DNA from: Candidatus Anstonellales archaeon
GTDB lineage: Archaea; Micrarchaeota; Micrarchaeia; Anstonellales; J096
Assembly: GCA_038890745.1 (NCBI GenBank)
Contig: JAWAFD010000005.1
Location: 22,436 to 86,435 of the forward strand
Direction: 5' to 3'
DNA length: 64,000 bases
Shown: positions 58,144-64,000 of the stretch, in pieces
Layout: the number at the start of each line of letters is the position of its first letter
How positions within the stretch are numbered: the first letter of the stretch is position 1
Translations under genes and position numbers: made by a program
Notes under the pieces: generated by a model
Database searches by the model: none
What the model was told of the DNA's origin: nothing
The model's input: only the letters and a program-made list of their open reading frames with translations

Positions 58144-60174
58144 ATGAGAAAATTTGCGTTTTTGTTGCTGTTGTTCTCTATTCTTTTTGCAGATGCAAAT
58201 GTAACATCAGAAGGAGGGAATGTAACTCAGATTTTTTTTAACACTACTTTGTTGAGTGAAAATTGGGATGGGATGTATGGGCAGGTTGTTTTGGGAGTCG
58301 GTTCAACAGTAACATACACTGTTGTTGGTGATAATATAATCAGGATAGATTTAAGCGGAAGCAGCCCGCCAGCTGGCTGCATCGTTAGGTACATAAATAT
58401 TGTAGCTATAAACAGAACTCTTGCATCGCCTTTGCCTCCGCTTACACCAGGAAACCTCACCCAGCTCGATGAGCTGATAAACTCAAGCGAGAATGCATCT
58501 TATGCATTCACATTCACAGACTCTTACAGCTTAAGTTTTGCAAATGTAACAAATGTTCCTTCTCTTTACACCCGCTCTTACGATGGCCTTAATCATTTTG
58601 AAATGGGGTATATGAACGATGCGAATAAAGACCTTGTTTTTGTTGCAAAATACAACGCCGATAAAATCGATTGGAACAACACACTAAGCGACTACCAGAT
58701 CATGCTCCCAAAAGGAAGTGCAAACATGGATTATACGCTTGCTGTTGATACTGTTTATACCTGCCCACCAGGCGGAGGAGGCGGAAGGAGCCATGAGCTC
58801 TACATCCCACCGATCCCTTCGCAGAGCTCAAAAATAGGAGAAACAAAAAATGTTCTTATATTTGTTGAGAATATTGGGGATTACACAGAAACAAATGTTA
58901 GATTAAGCGTTGTCTGCCCTGCCTCATTTTCATGTGGAAACGCAAACCTTGGAACAATCCATACAAACGCGGAAAAGAATGCTACAATAGCCATAGCTGG
59001 GAATGAGATTGGAACATTTATTCTAAAAGCAGAGGCAAGAAGCGATGATGCCTACACATATAGGGAGTTTTATTTTACTGTTGAGCCTGAATGCATAAGG
59101 AATGAGGATTGCGCAAGCGAGGAGTATTGCGAAAACGGAAAGTGTGTTGAGAAAAAGGAGATAAATGAGACATGTAAAAATGATTATGAGTGCAAAACAG
59201 GGCTTTGCGAGGGAATGAAATGCGTCGAATGTAAGAAAGATGAGGAGTGCGCGTGGAACGAAAAATGCGCAAATGGTTTTTGTGTTTTGATTGTTTGCGA
59301 ATGCGGCGAGGTAAAGAATCATGCATGTGTTCCTTATGAATGCTGCACGCATGAAGACTGCATGGAAGGTGAGGTTTGCATAAACCATGTCTGCACAGAA
59401 AACAAAGCGAATGTTGAAGTGGTTGGGAAAAACATGACTGAGGGAGCATATGTAGATGTTTTTGTGACTGATTTGTTGGGAAATCCTATAGAAGGGGCTC
59501 GGGTGTATACTGAGAATATGTTTGCTTATAGTGATGGAAGTGGAAGAGCAAAAATAAGAATACCCTATTCTGGGATAATATATGTCGATGCACTTGGGAA
59601 GAGAATTGGAAAATATCTTGATATAACAAGGCTTGCGTATATAAAAATAAAGAGTTCAGCTTATGTGATGGAAGAGATACATGGAAGTGTTAGGGATAGC
59701 AAGAATAAGGGAATAGGGATTGTTGAGATTCTTTATGATGATAATAAAACCGCATGGAGCGATGGAAACTCTGAATTCAAGATTCAATTTGGAACGCCCG
59801 GCTTAAAAGAGGTTAGAGGAAAAAAAGCGGCGTATCTCATAAAAAGCGCAACAATAGATGTTGTTTCACCTGCGCAGGTTTGCTATTTCCCGTACCTGCT
59901 CAATCTTATTGGCTTAAGGGATAATGAAATTTTTGCTCTTTGGGTCGCTGCTGTTCTGCTCGCAGTTTTCAATTTCTTTGCATATAGAAAAAGAACACTA
60001 TCAAAGTTTGTGCGTGCATTCCTTTATTCTTTCGCACCCATCCTGCTCTCCTTACCGAACACCTGGCCGCTGAGTATATGCTTCATGATGAATATTGTTT
60101 GCCTACAAGTTTTGTATGAAGTTGCGCTTATCATAAAGAAAAAACAGCAGGGGAAGAGAAGGAATAAAGAGTAA
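58144..60174 (+). CDS. Membrane-anchored surface protein: shared beta-rich domain, CARDB-like domain, Cys-rich repeats
   Basis: EGGNVTQIFFNTTLLSENWDGMYGQV; Gly linker; repeated CxxxxxCxxxxxCxxxxC-type units; C-terminal TMs. Confidence 0.75.
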   Translation: MRKFAFLLLLFSILFADANVTSEGGNVTQIFFNTTLLSENWDGMYGQVVLGVGSTVTYTVVGDNIIRIDLSGSSPPAGCIVRYINIVAINRTLASPLPPLTPGNLTQLDELINSSENASYAFTFTDSYSLSFANVTNVPSLYTRSYDGLNHFEMGYMNDANKDLVFVAKYNADKIDWNNTLSDYQIMLPKGSANMDYTLAVDTVYTCPPGGGGGRSHELYIPPIPSQSSKIGETKNVLIFVENIGDYTETNVRLSVVCPASFSCGNANLGTIHTNAEKNATIAIAGNEIGTFILKAEARSDDAYTYREFYFTVEPECIRNEDCASEEYCENGKCVEKKEINETCKNDYECKTGLCEGMKCVECKKDEECAWNEKCANGFCVLIVCECGEVKNHACVPYECCTHEDCMEGEVCINHVCTENKANVEVVGKNMTEGAYVDVFVTDLLGNPIEGARVYTENMFAYSDGSGRAKIRIPYSGIIYVDALGKRIGKYLDITRLAYIKIKSSAYVMEEIHGSVRDSKNKGIGIVEILYDDNKTAWSDGNSEFKIQFGTPGLKEVRGKKAAYLIKSATIDVVSPAQVCYFPYLLNLIGLRDNEIFALWVAAVLLAVFNFFAYRKRTLSKFVRAFLYSFAPILLSLPNTWPLSICFMMNIVCLQVLYEVALIIKKKQQGKRRNKE

Positions 60175-60182
60175 GCATCTAC

Positions 60183-61463
60183 TCAAGATCCGCGAAGAAC
60201 CCACTTCCATAGAGGAATAAATTTTATATTTTTTCCGTTTATTTTAACGGATTTGTCTTCATCTTCAGTTATCACAATCCCATCTTTTATTCCAACCTCG
60301 TCCATGGCTTCGCAAATGCCATCCCTCTCCCTTTCATTAAAATTGCTAGCGCTTACTTGAATAGCATGTTTCCCTCCTCTGGCATCAACTCCAATAAAAT
60401 CACACTCGTACTTATTTTTATAGTAGTAGACATCGTATCCTCTGCGTCTTAGCTCCATGAAAACAAGGTTTTCGTAAAGCCAACCAATATCTTTGGTTGC
60501 TTTAGTAGAAAGACAATTTACTAAACCATTATCTACAACATAAATTTTTTTTGGGTTTACTGCTCTTTTTTTTGGAGAGTTAGAATAAATGGAAACAAAA
60601 TAAAAATACAACGTGTCCTCTGCATACCCTGCAATCTCGTATAGCATGTCCTTACTTATTCTCTTGTTCTGTGATTTGAGAAAATTATAATATTTATTTA
60701 TGGAAAATGGCCTGGAAAAATTGTTTACTAGATACAAAAGAAGCTCCTTCACAAGATGGGGGTGTGGGATCGAGTATCTCTCAACAATATCCCTAAACAC
60801 GACAAGCTCAAAATAATTCCGTAAGATTTGGCATCTTACAAAATCGTCCCGGCCTACAACTTCAGGAAAACTTCCCTTAAACAAATACTCATTAAAGTAT
60901 TTTTTAAGTAGATACCTTTCTTTTGAATAAAGCATATCTGCTCTAAATTTTATTCCTCTGCTTTTGAGATACTCTTTAAACGAGAACGGAAAAACCTCGT
61001 AATTCCATGTTCTACCTCTTAACTCTGTTGCTATTTCTCTGCTCAAAAGCTTCGCAGAACTTCCAGTGAGGTATATTTCACAGTTTTCTGTATCATAAAG
61101 TCTTCTAACAAATTTTGACCAATATGGAGCATTCTGTATCTCATCAAACATAAAATAGACCTTTCTTTTTCTGTTTTCTGGATAGAGCTCATAGAAAGCT
61201 GAAAGTATTGTCTGGAGGTCTTCTTTTACCATACTTGTAAGCCTTTCATCCTCAAAATTAACATATAGTATCTGTTCTTTTTTTACACCGGCATTTAGAA
61301 GGTTATCGATTATTTGAAAGAGGAGGTATGTCTTCCCGGACCTTCTTGGACCTATGATCGTATAAATCTTACCTATATCAAGCAACCTTATTTCTCTTGA
61401 TGTATACTGTCTTTCAGGAAACCCTTCTGCAATTATAGTTTTTATCAACTCCCTGTCTATCAT
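60183..61463 (-). CDS. AAA_14/DUF4143 ATP-binding protein
   Basis: GPRRSGKT, VNFEDERL, FDEIQ, TGSSAKLLSREIAT.LRGR, KKIYVVDNG, YENLV, ECDF. Confidence 0.92.
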   Translation of the reverse strand: MIDRELIKTIIAEGFPERQYTSREIRLLDIGKIYTIIGPRRSGKTYLLFQIIDNLLNAGVKKEQILYVNFEDERLTSMVKEDLQTILSAFYELYPENRKRKVYFMFDEIQNAPYWSKFVRRLYDTENCEIYLTGSSAKLLSREIATELRGRTWNYEVFPFSFKEYLKSRGIKFRADMLYSKERYLLKKYFNEYLFKGSFPEVVGRDDFVRCQILRNYFELVVFRDIVERYSIPHPHLVKELLLYLVNNFSRPFSINKYYNFLKSQNKRISKDMLYEIAGYAEDTLYFYFVSIYSNSPKKRAVNPKKIYVVDNGLVNCLSTKATKDIGWLYENLVFMELRRRGYDVYYYKNKYECDFIGVDARGGKHAIQVSASNFNERERDGICEAMDEVGIKDGIVITEDEDKSVKINGKNIKFIPLWKWVLRGS

Positions 61464-61464
61464 A

Positions 61465-61517
61465 TTTCCTTTTTATAAGGAAACAATTTAAAAAACTTTT
61501 CCTTTTTAAAAGGAAAA
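61465..61517 (-). promoter_or_regulatory. Two palindromes flanking the ATPase TATA box
   Basis: TTTCCTTTTTATAAGGAAA (61465-61483) and TTTTCCTTTTTAAAAGGAAAA (61497-61517). Confidence 0.65.
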
Positions 61518-61569
61518 TATAAAAAAAGGTGGAGGGTTTGCCTTTCTAAACAAAAAGATGCTTAAAAGC

Positions 61570-61601
61570 ACTTCACTCAAGTTCCACCCAAAACTCAATC
61601 A
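61570..61601 (-). repeat. 32-bp direct repeat, copy C2
   Basis: ACTTCACTCAAGTTCCACCCAAAACTCAATCA (+ strand), identical to 62606-62637; supplies the HEPN stop codon. Confidence 0.95.
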
Positions 61602-62036
61602 TTTTTTTCTTTCTCTAAAATATTTGCTAACGGCGTTTTTTGTAGATTCTGCATAATTAATAACTTTCATGGCGGTCTTATCGTTATAGACTGCGCCATA
61701 GTCCGCACCTTCACGTGCATTCATTGCATAGTAAAAATAATCTAAAAGTTCGGTAAGAAGACCTTTCTCAACAAAGAGATGCTTAAACGCTGCCATCAAG
61801 CAAAAGTGGCTTTTTTCTCTATAACCTTTTGAAAAAACAAGCGCACGAATCGAATGAAAAATAGAATAGTATGCTTTAATCGTAGCCCATTTAACATCCC
61901 TATTCTGTAATGAATGTTTTGCCATAGTCAGGTCATATTCTGCCTCTCTTAACTCCTTTTCTATGAACGAAAGAGGGACTTCTCTTTTGATGATATTCCC
62001 TTTTTCTACACAATATTCAAACTCCCTTGCCATCAC
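61599..62036 (-). CDS. HEPN-domain protein (MNT-HEPN toxin)
   Basis: AEYDL..A, WATIKAYYSIFHSIRAL, GYREKSH, AREGADY. Confidence 0.88.
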   Translation of the reverse strand: MMAREFEYCVEKGNIIKREVPLSFIEKELREAEYDLTMAKHSLQNRDVKWATIKAYYSIFHSIRALVFSKGYREKSHFCLMAAFKHLFVEKGLLTELLDYFYYAMNAREGADYGAVYNDKTAMKVINYAESTKNAVSKYFRERKK

Positions 62037-62557
62037 TTCACCATCCGTCCAGATGTTATCTGATTGTATAGAGCTTTGTCCTTTTTTTTCAATCCAATAA
62101 ATTCATCTGTGCTTAGTACCAATGGTGAGAGTTTTCTTTCAGCTCTAAACCTAGTAATGACATCAAAAACACTATCTTTTTTCTCCGTTACTATACAGAT
62201 ATCCACATCACTATCCTCCTTATCTTCACCCGAAACGCAACTTCCAAAAATATATACCTTATGCGCGAGCGGAATTACGAGCTCAAGGAGTTCTTTAATC
62301 TCAATAAGTGTAAAGAGAAATTTAAACTCTCTTAATATGACACTCTCCATATTTGCTTTCGAGAACACCATATTTCCTTTCTTTTCCTTTTTTATGAGTC
62401 CTTCCTTCTCCATTTCTCGTAGTACGATGCTGACATTGCCAACACTTAAACCAAGTATTCGTGAGAGCTCTCTAACAGTGTAGCCCTTATCATAGTTTCT
62501 TCCTAAAAATTTCATGATCCGCAGATGGCTTATTGTGATGTTCATTTTTTTGAACAT
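62033..62557 (-). CDS. wHTH-minimal nucleotidyltransferase (MNT) antitoxin
   Basis: YTVRELSRILGLSVG HTH; IFGSCVSGEDKEDSDVDICI. Start moved to ATG 62557. Confidence 0.9.
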   Translation of the reverse strand: MFKKMNITISHLRIMKFLGRNYDKGYTVRELSRILGLSVGNVSIVLREMEKEGLIKKEKKGNMVFSKANMESVILREFKFLFTLIEIKELLELVIPLAHKVYIFGSCVSGEDKEDSDVDICIVTEKKDSVFDVITRFRAERKLSPLVLSTDEFIGLKKKDKALYNQITSGRMVK

Positions 62558-62576
62558 ATGTTTATAATTTTGAACA
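62539..62576 (-). promoter_or_regulatory. Tandem 18-bp palindromic operator over the MNT start codon
   Basis: Minus strand TGTTCAAAATTATAAACA then TGTTCAAAAAAATGAACA, 20-bp period. Confidence 0.75.
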
Positions 62577-62605
62577 AACAAGATAAAAATCTTTCTACTC
62601 ACCAG

Positions 62606-62637
62606 ACTTCACTCAAGTTCCACCCAAAACTCAATCA
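62606..62637 (-). repeat. 32-bp direct repeat, copy C1 (3' end of beta-helix gene)
   Basis: Encodes IEFWVELE* of the upstream gene. Confidence 0.95.
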
Positions 62638-64000
62638 CACCGCTGCTTCCTTTATATGTGCTAAGGTTTGCCGGCACTCTTATCTCATAGTTGTAGGTCG
62701 CGCTTGAGTTTATTTCCGTAAGGAAAACAACATCCTGATTTTGTGCAATACTAAATTCAGGCCCTCCCTGAGAAGCATCCCAGCATATCCCTGTTTTGAA
62801 CACGTTGTTTTGGGTTGTGGAGTTTGCAACTGGAATGAATTGAACTAAGCGTTTCCATAGAATAATGTCTTTTGTTTCCTTTGGATTGCTTCCATCTGTG
62901 CTGTATGTTGCGTTGATATTATCTGGTTCTGCTGAGTAGCCTAAGAGAGTGTCAAGCTCTGTAAAGTCGTTTGTTGAGTTTTCTCCACTCACATTTCTTC
63001 CGAGCGCGGTAAGGTTTATCCATTCTATATTCGCATCCCCATTTACTACATATACCTTTCCTTTTTGTCCATTCCATATCCATGAGTAGAAAACTGCTGT
63101 TGAATTTTTAGCAAGAAGGATCTCTCCACTTATGTTTCCGAAGAAATAATGCCACACTTTTGTGCATCTATATGTGCAACCCTCATGCCCGCTTTCGTTC
63201 CAGTTATCCCAACTATCGCATTTGTCATCCTCGCCAATGTTTGTGCTGTTTGTGTTATTAATATCGAATATACTATTAAAGCAAACATAGTTTTGCGTTA
63301 GGTTATTGTTTCCAGAATCTGGATTTAATTGTATACCTATCTTTAAGTTATTTCTAACGATGTTTGATGATAGTGTGTTATTAAATGTTGACCACAACGT
63401 AATGCCCGATTGCGTATTATTGTATAAAGTATTATTTATCAAAATGTTAGCATCACCAAATTCTATGTTAAACCCATGCTGCCAGTTATCATAGGCAGTA
63501 TTATTATATAAGGTATTATTATAACTCGCCCACAGGTAGAAACCATATTTGTTATCATATGCAGTATTATTGGCTACGTAATTGTTATTAGAATCCTGCC
63601 AGAAGTAGAAACCGGTGAGAGAGTTGGTATAAGCGATGTTATGGATGAATGTGTTATCAGAACTCGACGCCAAAACAAAACCCATCTCTGAGTTATCGTA
63701 AGCAATATTATCATAAAAAGTGTTATTATGCGGGTTCATGTAGAGATAGAAACCACGCCCATTATTGTAGGCCGTATTGTTATAAACTTTATTGTTTCTA
63801 GCCGTTAAACCATACAAACGAAAACCACAGTGGTCTGACCCTATTTGATTGTATGCGGTGTTGTTGAAAATGATATTGTTGGAGGAGGATATCCAAAAAC
63901 CATCATCTGAATTATTATTTGCCACATTATCAAAAATTAGCGTATCGTTTGCGCTGCTTGATAAAACAAATCCATAATACGTATTATTGTACGCTGCATT
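62609..64000 (-). CDS. Parallel beta-helix (NosD/CASH) repeat surface protein with C-terminal shared beta-rich domain; starts beyond right window edge
   Basis: NNTAYNN..GF repeats, frame open to 64000; C-terminal TKVWHYFFGNISG...YEIRVP...IEFWVELE. Confidence 0.85.
   Translation of the reverse strand, partial: NAAYNNTYYGFVLSSSANDTLIFDNVANNNSDDGFWISSSNNIIFNNTAYNQIGSDHCGFRLYGLTARNNKVYNNTAYNNGRGFYLYMNPHNNTFYDNIAYDNSEMGFVLASSSDNTFIHNIAYTNSLTGFYFWQDSNNNYVANNTAYDNKYGFYLWASYNNTLYNNTAYDNWQHGFNIEFGDANILINNTLYNNTQSGITLWSTFNNTLSSNIVRNNLKIGIQLNPDSGNNNLTQNYVCFNSIFDINNTNSTNIGEDDKCDSWDNWNESGHEGCTYRCTKVWHYFFGNISGEILLAKNSTAVFYSWIWNGQKGKVYVVNGDANIEWINLTALGRNVSGENSTNDFTELDTLLGYSAEPDNINATYSTDGSNPKETKDIILWKRLVQFIPVANSTTQNNVFKTGICWDASQGGPEFSIAQNQDVVFLTEINSSATYNYEIRVPANLSTYKGSSGVIEFWVELE

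Noticed and set aside
60172..61564. 9-bp inverted repeat TAAGCATCT/AGATGCTTA around the second ATPase
   Set aside because: Short, overlaps the better-supported direct repeat, and there is no transposase to use it.
1..64000. CRISPR array, transposase or integrase
   Set aside because: No regularly spaced repeat-spacer series and no DDE, tyrosine or serine recombinase motifs seen in any ORF.

Overview
Gene-dense archaeal chromosome segment. AglB/STT3, PriL/PriS, class I LysRS, Pus10, NurA, an S-layer gene, GGTGA ribosome-binding sites and TTTAAA/TTTATA TATA boxes are all present; the gene mix suggests a DPANN, Micrarchaeota-like lineage (inference). The housekeeping backbone includes two tandem ftsZ, DNA ligase, AlaRS, folD/folC/5-FCL, HMG-CoA synthase, dcd and pth2. 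There is an isolated 5S rRNA and a tRNA-Gly(CCC) split by a 138-nt T-loop (59/60) intron. Unexplained structure: (1) an operon-like run of six paralogous CedA/VirB6-like membrane proteins followed by a 1230-aa Cys-rich exported protein; (2) nucleotidyltransferase/HEPN and ATPase cassettes bounded by 12-32 bp direct repeats that duplicate the neighbouring gene's 3' end, with a shared GAA(A/C)TTGAGTG core in the two best cases and no integrase or transposase in the window; (3) a pseudoknot-like S-layer 5' leader; (4) three surface proteins sharing one unknown beta-rich domain, possibly a fibre system; (5) a peptidoglycan-binding-like domain. No CRISPR array or transposase was seen. All homology calls come from motif recognition by eye, not from database searches.
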